Assembly (NCBI GenBank): GCA_012026655.1
Contig: JAAILG010000314.1
Coordinates: forward strand, 1-64,000
Length of the DNA: 64,000 nt
Source of the DNA: Hydrolagus affinis
Lineage: Eukaryota
Reading direction: 5' to 3'
Each line of letters begins with the position of its first letter. Position 1 is the first letter of the stretch. The notes beneath the pieces were generated by a model that did no database searches, was not told the origin of the DNA, and saw nothing but the letters and a program-made list of their open reading frames with translations. A program made the position numbers and the translations under genes. Positions 38,948 to 52,320 of this stretch are shown piece after piece.

Positions 38948-39280
38948 GTGTTTCGCTCACAAAATCTTTGAGCCGTCGATAAGATGTGAAAAGCGCTATA
39001 TCAAATGCAAGGATTATTATTATTAATATTAAAATCTGCAGTTAATTCACTTTACAGTATATACCGTGAAGCACTTCGAGACGTCTCGACGATGTGATAA
39101 GGCACCAAATCAAACGCAAGGATTATTATTATTATTATTAGAATACTTTGTCAGACCAGCCTGAATCTTTCCAGAGCTCTCAAAATACAGTCAATCCACT
39201 TTACGGTATACCCTGGGAAGCACTTTAATATGTCTTGACGACGTGATGGGACGCTACATCAAAATGAAAGGACTATTATT
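38948..39280 (+). mobile_element. Cluster of three tandem SINE 3' tails
   Basis: Three successive tail motifs ending at ~39025, ~39140 and ~39280. Confidence 0.8.
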
Positions 39281-41311
39281 CATTCGCAGTGCCAGACGCT
39301 GTCTTCCTACCCTTGCCCTCCCACAACCCCTACGAGCAGCTGCAATCGAAAAGCTTCTGCATGGCTCCGCTTTTCAGTGGGAAATGGAGCAATCAAGTTT
39401 GAAATAGACGTGCAGCTAGCTACTGATCGTTTCATTTGAGTTTGGTGTTAATATACTCTCTGGAGACTGTGTATCAAACTCACCTCTACTAATGCAATTG
39501 CAAGTATAATTCTGTAAGAATGTAATTTCTCCGAGCGCAATCAATATCACCCTTTTAGCTATTCTCATTGGGCACTGCCTGCCATGAGTCATTATCACTT
39601 AAAGGCGCACAGAGACACTCCTTGCATCAACAAACCAACGATACCAATCAACTGCGATTTATAAATGAGTATTTCCACATTTTTAATTATTTTTGGAAAT
39701 ACTCATCAACTCCCATTAGGCACAAAAGTTTTGACATCGTATTACAAATCACTCTGTCTATTGTCATCAGGATTTGGGTAAGTTAACCAACCCTTCAATT
39801 GGCAGAGGCTGAGAATGAGTCACTTGTTTCAACGTTTTAAAGGCAAAAGTGAAGTGAATCAGTAAGGGTTTTGCTCCGAGTCAAATCCTAGTCAGCTGTG
39901 TGAAACACTCTGAGACATCCTCCCCCATAAGAGTTCAAAATGAATAAATTACTGATGTTGTTGGGCTCAAACCATACCGTTGTCGTTTGAGTGAGTCTGG
40001 ATTCAAAGTTTGCTTTGATGCCTCTGCACGTAGCTGAATTCAGCATTATTAAAAGCGCAACGTTTAATGACATTTCGTACTGGCTGTTTTAACTTGAGGC
40101 ACACATAACAGAGCTTACCGTAATTAGCGTCACTGTAAATTCAATATGTCCATTAGGGATTTAAGAAAGTTAGGGACAGTTTTCCATTCCCTTACAAAAT
40201 CCTGTTACCTTGCACCTACTTTGGCTATTGAAATGTTCCAGCTCAGACCCTTCAATCAATGCTTTAATAAACGCTGTCAGTGGTACTTATTCTGTAACCT
40301 GCGGAGCATAGACCTGAGCTGAATACAAATCACAATGGATTTTCTTCTTCCTACAGGCAGGCCAGCCAGCCCTCAGGAGAGTGCCTGTTATAAACATTAA
40401 TCCACGGCCGAGAGGCTAGGGTGCTACAGTTAACACCTAGCTCTGAAGTAATCTGTGTCCTGGCCAACAATCCCCCAGATAAACAAAATTCATCATTCAT
40501 TCACTTCATGGCTGTTCTGTGTGCAAATTGGCTGCCACGCTCCCCTACAAATACACAGACTACACTTTACACTATAATGCCATAACTCGCTTTGGGATGT
40601 TTATCGAAGACGTGCTAAGGGGCTATAATAAATGCAGAAATCATTACTTCAGTCGAACGAACACATCATTGATTAGCCTGTTCGTTTAGAAAGGAGCATT
40701 CATTACTATCGGTTTGCACCCATTATTTTAAAATTGGTATTTGTTTAGCCCTCTATAGGGCTTCAGTATACAGTATACAGTACATAGGTAAGGAAGTACT
40801 AATGGTTTCAGACCTTATTTAATTATGTTATTGAGATGTGTGAGTGCAGTGAAAGCTCCCACTGCCTAGCCTTCTCTCTATTCCCCCTCCCCCTCTCTCA
40901 CTCGCATAAGCATGTACACATTGCTCAACCCCGAGTGTGGCAAATCATGAACTAAACCCAGAAACCATTGAACTTGCCAATTACAAAGCTCTGATGTATT
41001 TACATTAGAACTGGTAGACAATCCAATTAATGGTGATATTTAATTTCCCTGAGGCTAAGTTAATTAAGCGTCTTCAATGGTAACTTTATTACATTCTGAT
41101 CCTTTTGATCCCAGGCTTATTTAAGTGTGTTGTATGAAATGAGCACCTCAGCTCTCCATTTTCTCTTTTTTTTTGCTAGTTATGGTTCGTCTGAATGCAA
41201 TTCAATTCTTGTCTTGTCCATCCTTTTTCCTTAAACACAGTTCAATGTCAATTTCAGTCACCTAAAAAAACTTGACTGCTACAGTATGTGCATAGGATCT
41301 CAAAGATCGAT

Positions 41312-41680
41312 GTGGAGTCCTGTAGCTCAGTGGTTAGAGCACTCAACAACAACAACTTTGATTTATACAGTGCCCTCAACCCCGGACGGCGTCTCAGAGC
41401 GCTTCACTCGCCTTGCAAGCAAGAGACCTGGATTCAATTCCAGCAGGGCAAAACCTTGGGCAAGTTTCCTTACTCCACACGCCTAATAATAATCTCTCAA
41501 AAAAAACAATAATAAATTGGTCACTTCAAATCACAACTGTTTGTGGGACACTGCTGTGTGCAATCAGCTGCCGCGTTTCACCCAAAAAATGTACAGTCAA
41601 TTCACTTTACAGCATATTCTGTGAAGCCTTTAAGATGTCTAGAAGAAGTGAAAAGCACTATATCAAATACATGGATTAGT
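41312..41680 (+). mobile_element. tRNA-derived SINE interrupted by a 60-bp antisense L2 tail
   Basis: Head split at 41345-41404, with cactc duplicated (41340-41344 / 41405-41409). Confidence 0.9.
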
Positions 41681-42812
41681 GTTATTCTATACTTCAATGA
41701 TACTGTATATTAAAAGAATTTCACAACTATTAACACTGTAGGATTCCATAAATTGTACAAGATCTCAACAGTCGGTTTGAAACCTCTTTTTTGCTTGTAT
41801 ATAAACCTACAAATATTGGCCAGAATATAATATTTGCTATATATTGTTAAGTTGCTGTTTTACGATTTGAATCTGAAATGCCTCTTAACTCGATTTACAA
41901 GCAACGAGGAGAGAGGTAGGTGTGGTAACCCATAGCAACCGCCATGCTTCAATATTCAGGCTGGGTGACTATTAATCCTGTGGTGAGGTGCCCTTACATC
42001 GACTGTGTGCTGAAAAGGGATATCTATATTCATTTACAGTCCAATTAAAATGGATGATAATTTTCCATGGACATCAAAACGAGGAGACATTGCTAATCTT
42101 TCGAAAGCTTTGCAAATACAGTCATTTGCAGAGAAGGTTCAGAGCATTTTAAGCTTCAATTTGTGTTTGATAACACTGCTATGCAGTGTGCTACATGTGG
42201 CACAATCCTGTCTAAGACAGTAATTGTTGCAGATATGGTTCAACTGAGCTGGATTGTTTTCAAGCTAAGGCTTGTATAAATCGGAAGGCGAGAGAACAAA
42301 GTCAAATAGTACATACACGTTGTATTAAATACTTGAATGCTTAAGGTGTAAAATATATAAGCTTTAAGCTTCAAATTGAGTGTGTTATCGAGTTTATGCA
42401 AATTCCCTAAAATGTTACAGTATCTCCTGGTGCGTGAATGCAGAGGAGGGATCATTAGGGAATCTGGTTGGATAATGAAAGGCCTTCAATTTAAGCATCT
42501 ATGATCTTTATCATAATAAGTACCTACACTGAAGAGTGCACACCCACAATGATAGTTCAGGGTCTAGGGTAAATTTGCAGCGAAGTTAAGTATTATTGGC
42601 TTGTATTTAGCATATTTTCAGTTAATACACTGAGTGACTGACAGTTTCAAACCCTAAATATTACCATTAAACATTAAGATCAGACTGTACTGATTACAGG
42701 GTTTCGCCCAACCTATCTGTTATTGCACAAACAGCTAGAAGGCTTTAAGTATACATGTGCTAATATAAAAACATGACACAGTCAGTGGTAAAATAATGGA
42801 TACATGCAGTAC

Positions 42813-42982
42813 CTTTGTACTTCCCTTAAACTGGAAGAGATCTTCAGGCTGTGGCCCAACACGTAGAGAGTGGCCAGGATATCAGCCCATTGAACCAATT
42901 CACCCAGAGGACCACCCTTTGACACGACAGGGCTGAAAACGTCCCCTGCTTCCTCAGTCAAGAAACCCAAGTGGACCAGAAT
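42813..42982 (-). CDS. MGAT5B: MGAT5B internal coding exon (170 nt, phase 0-2), catalytic-domain GGPLGE motif
   Basis: Translates ILVHLGFLTEEAGDVFSPVVSKGGPLGELVQWADILATLYVLGHSLKISSSLREVQ, a GT18 family signature. Acceptor ctctctctcggtacag|ATT, donor CAAAG|gtactg. Confidence 0.97.
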
Positions 42983-44869
42983 CTGTACCGAGAGAGAGAA
43001 CGCCAACATCAATGAGCCTGCGAGGTTCTGACATCAATACGCATCAGTCCTTGAACTTGGAATGCTGTATTTGTGCAGAGTCACAAGATCACAACTGAAA
43101 ATTGGATCAAGCGGACCCTTTAGACTATTTGACCTCATCATCCCAGAAGACCCACCCATCACACTCAACAACCACAACAACTTATATAGCGCCCTCACGC
43201 AGTTTAGCATCTCAGAGCTTTTAATCACAAACAGACATACATCCTACACAGTGTCAAGCTATTTTTTCAATGCCCCGGCCTCAATTATCATTTCCTGCAT
43301 GAGTGAGTTGTTAATCATCCTCTGAGGAGAGAAATATCTCCAAGTGCTTGTCCTGAAACTGCCCCTCTTATTGTATCGGTTCAGTGTATCTGACAGCATA
43401 GTTCTGGGTTTCTCAGTCCCATATAAAACCTTACATCCTTTCGTTACAAAATAGGGTTGGGCATCAGTCAGTTCACATTTATATTGCGTCAGCTTTCCTT
43501 CAAATTAATAGAGATCAAAGGTTTGCAGGATGGAGCTGTGTTCTGAAGAACTGAATTATCTTATATTAATGGATTCCAACAAGTGAAAATAGCCTATTAA
43601 TGTCCACCTTATTGAATGGTTTCATAGTTTCTACATTGAATGATGAAACGTACAGCATTGGCCAATATCAAGAATATCAAATGATTGTGCACTGTACAAG
43701 TGGTGGTGCGCGATGGTATTAACAGCAACTGATTTTGAAGTGGTTAGACAGGATTTAATGCCAATCTTTGCGTAAGCGAGCCTATGCACACAAACACATC
43801 TATCCGCATCACTTGAGTGTTCTAGCAGGACGTATAAAGTTAAATGTTTACTGTTCACCTCCACTGTAATTTGACTCATTTACAGTTTTCTCAAAACAAA
43901 TTAATAAATGGCTCCACATCAAGAGTATACATCTCACTGGAAATAACAGAAACCCTGGCAATTCAGCTCCAAACCAGTTATACAATTTACCCTCAGAGGC
44001 TGGAAACAGCACCTGTAGAATTGTTCAATCTCTACCCAAACATTATGTACATCAGTTTTATAGATTTTTGTTCTTTACCTTACATTCACAAAGACCAGAC
44101 CTACTGCTTACATGAAGGCACATAATACAGGATGTACCAAAGTACAGTAAAATGTTGATCCCTGGAGTTGGATACATCTCCGCCAATCGCATGGCCTCTT
44201 TAAAGGTAAATGCGTTCAATCATCGCTAGGCTGACTTCATCCATGTGGGAATATCTATTTGTGGCCTATTCCAGCACTTTGTTTCTGAACAAAATGAATA
44301 ATCCTAACTGTGCGACCACCAGATAAATGTGTGATGTATGTGGTCGCCCAGGAACAAAATCGAGTGACAGCCTAGTTACCAGCATCCTGCTGTTATTTGA
44401 CATCTTCATGTAAAAAGGGATAATGGTTTTCAACAGCTACTATGTAGAGCTAATAGACAATCTCAGAACTATACAAGGTGATTTGTGGTAAGATTACTGA
44501 CTCTGTGCCCAATGCTACTGTTAAATTAGCCCTTTTGAAATTCTAGATTTTTTTTTGCAACAACGTGGCAGCTCCTTCAGAAGCGCAGTCATGAAGTGAG
44601 CTTTGTTCGCTGCTGAATAATATGGTGTCAAACTGAAGATGAGACACAGCAGATTAACCTTTGCCAAAGTGAAACTAGGTGAGTTGATGACAAAACTGCA
44701 GACATGATGAAAACATCTCTTTATAATTGGAAAAGCAGCAACAAAACAATAACATATTCACTCATGGAACCTTGTCCCACCAGCTTAGATATGGCAGATC
44801 TTTTAAGCCCAATGCATTTTGCCATACCCCTTAATATTGTAACGGAGGAATTTGGAGTATTTTTGTATA

Positions 44870-45003
44870 CTGATAATAATCCCTCAAGAAAAAAACCACA
44901 ATAATAATTTAGTCACTCAATCCACGCCTGTTTGTGGGACACTGCTGTGGGCAATTCGCAAATTGAATTCACTTTATAGTACATTGTGTAGTGCTTTGAG
45001 ACG
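44870..45003 (+). mobile_element. Partial SINE truncated by an L2 fragment
   Basis: ctgataataatccctcaag...ctgtttgtgggacactgctgtg. Confidence 0.75.
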
Positions 45004-45004
45004 G

Positions 45005-45310
45005 GGCCGGGTTAGGATGAGGGAGGCCAGAGGACGACTGATGGCACGGTCAAAGAGGAGGGTCCAGAGTCCAGTCTTGAAGGAGACAAGGGAGGGAGCG
45101 AGGCGAAGGGATTGTGTGATGGAGATCCAAAGCCTGGCCACCGATGGTAGGGGCAGGCGGGAGACACTGAGCAGGCCAGAGCCTGCTGAATGAAAGGAGT
45201 AGACAAGTCAATAGGGAGACATCAGGTCAGAGAGGTGTGAGGGGCAAGGCTATGGAGAGCCTTGAAAGTGAGGACAAGAATCTTGAATTCAAATTGAGGA
45301 CAAGGATCTT
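45005..45310 (-). mobile_element. L2 ORF2 C-terminal fragment
   Basis: gagccttgaaagtgaggacaagaatcttgaattc is the reverse of EFKILVLTFKAL. Confidence 0.82.
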
Positions 45311-45914
45311 GGGCAGAGCATTCTACACTTCACAAACCACTTAACCTCGATTCTAACCATTCTCATTTTAAGGTGAAACTCCCTTCTAATGGATCTGGGT
45401 AGCAAAGGGAATAGCTGTCCAAGCACCAACCTGTCATTTCCTCTCATTATTTATTTTCAATACCTCAAACAAATCAGCTCTTAAGATCTGGGCTGAGAAT
45501 GGCAAGAATTCAAATTAAAGTCAAAGAAGAGGGAACCAGAAAGAGATATAAAGGACGGAGAAGGGATTGGTAATATGTATATGGTTTGGCTATGTTTCTC
45601 AGGCTGTGGTTAGGTCTTAGCTAAAAATTGAATGCAGTGGGCTTTAATTCACGTTTTTTTTAAAATAGCTTCCTTCATCTGAAATCTGAGACAGGCTTTT
45701 GGGAACTACTTCCGCTAACTGTATGCTTGACAATACTGACCCTAGGAAACCCTGAGGATCACAGGAATTCTAACGACATTGTTCATCAAGACATCTTGAA
45801 TGATAAGAAGTCTCGCAAATCAAATCCCATTTGGTGGGATAGGGAGCACAAATGGAATTATCAAGCTGGATATGAATCAAGTACTTGGCCATACAGAACC
45901 CTCTGCAAATCTAC

Positions 45915-46085
45915 CTTCTTCCTCTGACTCTTGTTCATCTTCAGCTTCTGATTAAGCTTTCGGGACGCCAGAATCCAATGCACTGACAATCTCCGGATTC
46001 GCTTTTTCATGAATATCAATGATTCCTTCCCGCTGCCCATGAGCTCGAGAAGGGGCGAGAAGTCAGCCCGAAAGACCGTCTGCTG
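45915..46085 (-). CDS. MGAT5B: MGAT5B internal coding exon (171 nt with proximal acceptor; 168 or 165 nt with alternative CAGs; phase 0-0)
   Basis: Not in the ORF track. Manual translation: (QQ)TVFRADFSPLLELMGSGKESLIFMKKRIRRLSVHWILASRKLNQKLKMNKSQRKK, containing the MGAT5B motif LMGSGKESLIFMKKR. Acceptor ctctctctttcacag|CAGCAG, donor AAG|gtagat. Confidence 0.95.
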
Positions 46086-46401
46086 CTGTGAAAGAGAGAG
46101 ATCAAAGTCAGATCTTCAAGGTCACCAGTGGTCACGTTAATTTGGATTAACAGACGTTAACCTAGCGTCGGAGAAATACGATTTGATAGGACCACAATTC
46201 CCATGTGCTCCAAAGTATACGCTGCTGAAAAACCAATTATGTTAAACTGAGACTTGGAAAGATCAAGTCAAGATTTGCCATTTGTTTTGTTCATTTTACA
46301 CCATGAGTAAATACTTGACAATTGCCATTACTGTCAATGGTATCCTTGAAATCAACATTTTAATGAATTAAACTGAACCAAAAACATGTTTGTGCAACAA
46401 T

Positions 46402-46704
46402 ATAATAATAATAATCCTTGTATTTGATGTAGCATTTTTCACGTCTTCTAGACGTCTCAGAATGTTTTATAGAGTATACTGTAAAGTGAATTGACTGTAA
46501 ATTTCTGGGTGAAATGCGACAGCCAATTGTACGCAGCCATGGATTGAAATAACCAATTTTATTATTGCGGGTTGTTTGTTGGAGGGATTATTATTAGGCG
46601 TGTGGAGTAAGGAAATTTGCCCAAGGCCCTGACCTGCCTGGATTCGAACACAGGTCTCACACTTGTAAGACGAGTGCTCTAACCACTAAGCTACAGGACT
46701 CCAC
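46402..46704 (-). mobile_element. tRNA-derived SINE, full length
   Basis: Runs from the (TAA)n tail to ...ctacaggactccac. Confidence 0.9.
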
Positions 46705-47782
46705 AAATATGTAGAGTTAAAGGGACGGAAACCTACTGCTAAATTGTAATGGGATTGTGTAGGTTATGGACATTTATAACTTTACAGCTGTCACCCTATT
46801 AATCTATATTACCCTGTTTTATTATCTGTAATAATAATGCTAATAAGCCTTGCATTTGAGATAGCTCCTTAACACGTCTTCGAGACGTCTCAAAGCACTG
46901 TAACAAGAAATGAAGCAATAAGAAATCCCACAGTATCATGTCATAATATTCTAATCAGGTGAGATCACAAAAGAGAATCTTGTTCACAACCCATCATTCC
47001 CATTCAAAGTCACAGTGGTTTAATTTGCGAGTCGGGCTAATCACGTGCAAATGCAAGAGGTCATTTTAGATAGCATTATTGCGTGATTAATAATCCATGA
47101 AAAGGATCACAAGGTGATTGCATAATATTTTCACTGTTTGTTAATCAACATAACTAAGGGTCACTCACTTTGCTGCAGGACACAAGGTTAACCCAACGTG
47201 TAAATTAGACCACTGTTGTTAAGCCACCCCTAAATTAGCCCCTGTAGATTATTCTCTAATGAACAAACGCACTTAAAATGGGACTGCAATAAGTCTGATC
47301 TACTCAAAGCTACATTCTGTACCCAGATCCAATCCGATGTCGACCTGATCTGTACAGGTCAAAAATAAAATAAACCGCTTTGAGTCTATAGCTCCATGTT
47401 TCAACTTTCAAATCCCAAGTATTTGAAGCACGAGCCCCTCTGTTTCAAAGGAAGAGAATCCATAAAGCTCAGAGGGAGTCAATTGCCAAGAGCTTTTTCG
47501 TCGTGATGTGATTAACGGCAATGAATTGTGGCAGCTCTTATATCCTGACAAGGAGCCATAATGCCTCTACACTCCTAATACCAGGAACAATACCAACAGA
47601 TCAGACAGTAATCAGAGGATATAAGAAAGTCCAAAGGAGATTTGCACACTTGCCACGTTCCTTGAACCAGAGGGAAAGCATCAGCGATCATACGTTGAGT
47701 AGCTGAAGACCACAAGTGAGTGGAAAGCAAAGGATGAATTTGATGAAAAATCTCTTTGCTCTGATGCTATGCTTATACTGCG

Positions 47783-47995
47783 CATAGAGAATACAGCCCT
47801 AGTTTCTTCAACCTATCCTCATAGGTCAGTTCCCTCATCCCAGGAACTAACCTAGTGAATATACGCTGCACCCCCTCTAAGGCAAGTATGTCCTTTTTTA
47901 AATAAGGAGACCAAAACTGCACACAATACTCTAGGTGTGGTCTCACCAGGGCCCTATACAGTTGTAGCAAGACTTCCCTACTCTTATACTCTATA
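47783..47995 (-). mobile_element. CR1 ORF2 internal fragment
   Basis: [58 protein letters not shown]. Confidence 0.93.
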
Positions 47996-49754
47996 CCTTG
48001 GAGTATCTTAAGCCCCCCTTAAAGGCTCTCTCTCGAAAAATAATTTGCAAAGTTCAGTCCATCTAAGGGAAGTAGATTCACTCCTGAATGAATTGTATGT
48101 GGTTGAGCAAATGAGTGCAAACATTCCCTCCCCCAAACACCAACTAATTGGTCTATTACCATCAAACAATGCAAATTGGGTGATCTGTCCAGTGTTCAAA
48201 GCTGAACTGGCACTGGTCAAGAGAGAATTATACTTTTATCAGTTCCTTCCACACATGCATTTGATGAGCTTGGCTGAGCAGATAAAACCCAACATAATTG
48301 CTGTTTGTGGGTTCCTGGCTTAACCCCAGCTCAGTCTGGAACGTTCATTGAGATTCAAGGTCAACCTGGATCTAACAGAGGTTACTCATACCTGGATATC
48401 ATTGGCATATTTTATATATCAGCCCAAAGCTCTTTAAATGTTTGCAAGGAAAAGTGATATCATTTTCCAATTTATTTCCCAAACACAAAATTTATGTGTT
48501 TCCATAAACATTGTTTCTAATACTTTCCTACAGCTGCATTGATATCTCACGCAGGCTCTTTTACTTCAAATTAATGCATTCAATTTCCAACACTTTCCAA
48601 CTGCACTGATCCCAGATTTGGAAGGTAATCATAAAAATTGATAACACACCATATTCATTACACTCGAATAGTACAGCTCAATATTTGATGGGTTTATATA
48701 GATAATTATTAACTATTTGATGGGCTACAGAGAGAAACGATAGCCACACACAACACCAGAGAAAAAAAAATCTGACTTTTACTGTCACAGTATTGGAGAA
48801 GAAAACTTAACATAGTGCTTAATAGCGCACTGAGTAATATAGTGTAACTGTTTATGGACGTGATTTTAATAGAATATTTACTACTAATAATAATCCTTAC
48901 ATTTGATATAGCAGCTTATCACATCATTGAGATGTCTCAAAACGCTTTTATTTGTTTGATTTTCATTTATTTGATATTTATTTATTTGATTTTTATTTAA
49001 TTAATGTACTGTTTAATATTAACACTTTCTGGTGCCTTGGGACGTTCTCCCGATGTGAAAAGCAGATTAAAAATTCTCTATCGTATTCTAACAAAATTAG
49101 AGACGTTTAAGTTAAAAATAACATACAGTGGGTTTAAGTTGCAAGTCAGGGATTTGAGCTGATAGGTTGAATTGGCACTTAAATGCATTGTTGGAAGAGG
49201 GCTGCATTGTCTGAGGTGCCATCCACTAGTTCAGGTTAACATTAAGGATCCCGTGAGCTATTTGAGACGAGAGGAGAGTTTCTCCCAGTGTTCTGGGAAA
49301 CTGGAATTTTTCACTGGAACGGTTATAATATATTTCTCATATGTTACACTGAAAAGGATTGATTGGATTAGAAAAGTTACCCCCAGAGGCCACGGGTTTA
49401 ATTTAAATGGATTTCATGCAAGAAAAATTCAATTATAATGCTTCAAACAATGAAATAAAATATTTAAGGAAGAACTTGCATTTCTGTAGCACTTTGTCAG
49501 GTCAAAATGTCTCAATGCACTTCATTGGTTAATTACCGTCATGTGTTGTGACTGATTTGGTCGGTAGTTGTATCAGCTATTTACACAGAGTTACATAGTT
49601 CCAGTGCCTTGGGACATCCTCCCGATGTGAAAGGTGCTCTATAAATATAATTTTGTTGTTGTTGTAGAATGATAAGGAATGCGAATAGGCCATTTTGACC
49701 AACTAGTCCTTTTTACCTTTTTTCTTTCTCCCTTATCAACACAACAAGTTTCAC

Positions 49755-50070
49755 GTGGAGTCCTGTAGCTCAGTGGTTGGAGCAAGCGAAAGATCTGGGT
49801 TCGATTCCCGGCAGGGCGAAATGTTGGGCAAGTTTCCTTACCTCAAATGCCTCTGTTTATCTAGGAACTTGGTTGTTAGTCGATTGGGGGATGGCTTTTC
49901 TGGGGGTAATAATTCCTTCCAAAAAAAAAGTGATTAGTCAATCCATGATTGTTTGTGGGACACTGCTGTGCGCAATTGGCTGCAGTGTTTCGCCCACAAA
50001 TATTCAGTCAATTCACTGTACAATGTATTCTGTGATGCACTTCGAGATGTCTAGAAGGCGTGAAAAGCTG
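49755..50070 (+). mobile_element. Long-variant SINE with anticodon-arm deletion
   Basis: gtggagtcctgtagctcagtggttggagca^agcgaaag, plus the gcctctgttt...gttgttagtcgatt segment. Confidence 0.88.
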
Positions 50071-51067
50071 CAATGATAATAATAATAATCCTTACATTTA
50101 TATAGCGCTTTCCATGTCTTATCGACATCTCAAAGCTCTTCACAGAATACAATAACGTCCCAAGGTTGGGACCGGAGCAAGGAGGCTAGGGAGAAGACAA
50201 GAGGGAAGAAAAGGGGGAGAAGAGGTAGGGACCAGAGCAGGGGGGAGGGTCATGGTTGGGGGAAGGAAAGTAGGAAAATTGACTGTATATTTGTGGGAGA
50301 AACAATATATCAAAATGCAAGGATTATTATTATATATTATTATACTTTGCAGATATGTGTGGCAGCCAATCTGCATCCTCCAAAGAATCATTGAGTCAAT
50401 GAGCAATTTTATCTGGGGGTTTGTTGCCCAGGACACCAGGGCAAACCCTATTGTCTTGAATGGTGCCTTGGGATCTTAAACATCCACTGAACCAAGCAGG
50501 ACCTTGGAGAGCGCCTCAGACAAGCCTTCCCCCAGCACTGCACTAGAATATCAACCTAGAAAATATGAGTTCAAAGTCCTGCTGTGCAGTTTGGACCTGT
50601 AGTCTTCGGATTCAAAATGCAGAATGGTACCAATTTAGCCAGGCAGACACTGAACCCGACATATATGACATTATTTGCAGCAGATCCAGTTATTTTCTTA
50701 GATTTACATGTCCGAATGTGTCAGCTTCTTAGAATAGTCTGCAAATGCTCTGATGTTAGCAATTATATCAGTAAATACATCAAAATCTTTGCCATAGTGT
50801 TCAGCTGTTAGCTGACATAACTCAAGCAAAAAAGAGTGCTTTTTATGATGCTTTGACAGACATTACATCATGTAAATCCAACTGGCTTTTCTTCCATCAA
50901 AACACACATCAGAGTTTTGCTATCACACATCAAAGCATTATTTAAATACCCAATACATGGCATGGAATTATGATATCAAAACACTGAAGTGTAATACTGT
51001 CAGGTAGCCTAAATAAGAGACTGGGGTGGATAACGTTTAATTAAACCATGCCTTCTCCTTGCTATCA

Positions 51068-51450
51068 TTCTGGCTCAGTTGGAGGTACTCTTGCCTCTGA
51101 GTTAGAAGGATTGGGCTTTCAGCCCACATCGAGAATTTGAGCTCACACCATTCTAGACTAAGTGAATGAGGAATTGCCAGAGGTGCTGACTTTCGGATGA
51201 GGCATTGAATCGAATTTGCCTATTCAGGTTAAAAATTCATCGGCACTCTTCAAAAAGAGCTTCTCCCAGAGGCCAACATTCCTCCAAATAAATTTTTTAG
51301 TCATTCATTTCATGGTGGTGGGACATTTTTGCACGCACATTGACTGCCATGTTCTCCCACAAAACACACAGTTAAGGTAATTTACAGACTACAGAATATC
51401 CTGTGAATCACTTTGAGACATCGTCCTGATATGAAAGGTGCTATACCAAC
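51068..51450 (+). mobile_element. Older Deu-domain SINE (SacSINE1/AmnSINE1-like), near full length, diverged
   Basis: Head tggctcagttggaggtactcttgcctctgagttagaagg, core gaggtgctgactttcggatgag...ggcactcttcaaaaagagc, L2-type tail. Family recognised from recalled consensus. Confidence 0.7.
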
Positions 51451-52134
51451 TATGAAGTCTTTTCAGTCACTCCCACTGTTTCGACTTGCCACTGTTAAGA
51501 GCTCCCTGATTTGACCAATGTGGAAGGCGCAATGCATAAATGCAAGTTGTTGTGAGGATTTTTTTACAATCTTCGGATGGATTGCGTGCTGCCTCTCCTC
51601 AGACAAATAGAAAGCATTTACATTTTTTCCACAGAAGCAACGTTTCTCTGGCTCTAACTAAGGAAAGTACAGGTTTCACTGGAACTCCGATATCAGTTCC
51701 AAACTTTAACTCCAACCATTTTTGAATGGTTGTTCCTTGAATAGATTTACTTTACTAACTCGCAACTCAGATGGCTTGCGTTTTTAAATAACATCCGACA
51801 TTCATGCGATGAAGATTCTTTCCCACGATTTAAATGGAATGATAAGGGGCTTGCATTGAATAGCATGAATTATTAAGAGATCACGTCAGTCAAAAATTCT
51901 TATCTCAGAAAGTACAAGAAGAACCCAAACAAACTGTGCACAGTGAAACTCCTTCAACTCTTTCTGTCGGCAAGGTTAATTGAAGATCAAGGGTTGCGAA
52001 TGAGTTCACGTGTGAGGCATTTGTAAACAGTATCGTCTCAACAGCTCACACTGTGGGAAGTGTAAAGCTGCACTGCGTCATCCGTTCGACGCAGCTTAGA
52101 AGCTATCTCCTTCAAAAAGATTCCTTCCGAATAA

Positions 52135-52320
52135 CTAATAATAATAAATTGGTCACTCAATCCATGACTATTTGTGGGACACTGCTGCATGCAACTGGCT
52201 GCAGCAATTCACCCACAAAATACACAGTCACTATACTTTACAGTATATTCTGTGAAGCGCTTTAAGACGTCTCGAAGATGTGAAAAGCACCATATGAAAG
52301 GCATGGATTATTACTATTAT
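52135..52320 (+). mobile_element. 5'-truncated SINE
   Basis: aataataaattggtcactcaatccatgac...gtgaaaagcac. Confidence 0.8.

Larger units (their letters stand above)
15757..42812 (-). other. MGAT5B: Large MGAT5B intron (27,056 nt), GT-AG
   Basis: Lies between the phase-2 donor at 42812 and the acceptor at 15757. The protein reads continuously across it (EVQ-S-FLGVPPGRG). Confidence 0.9.
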
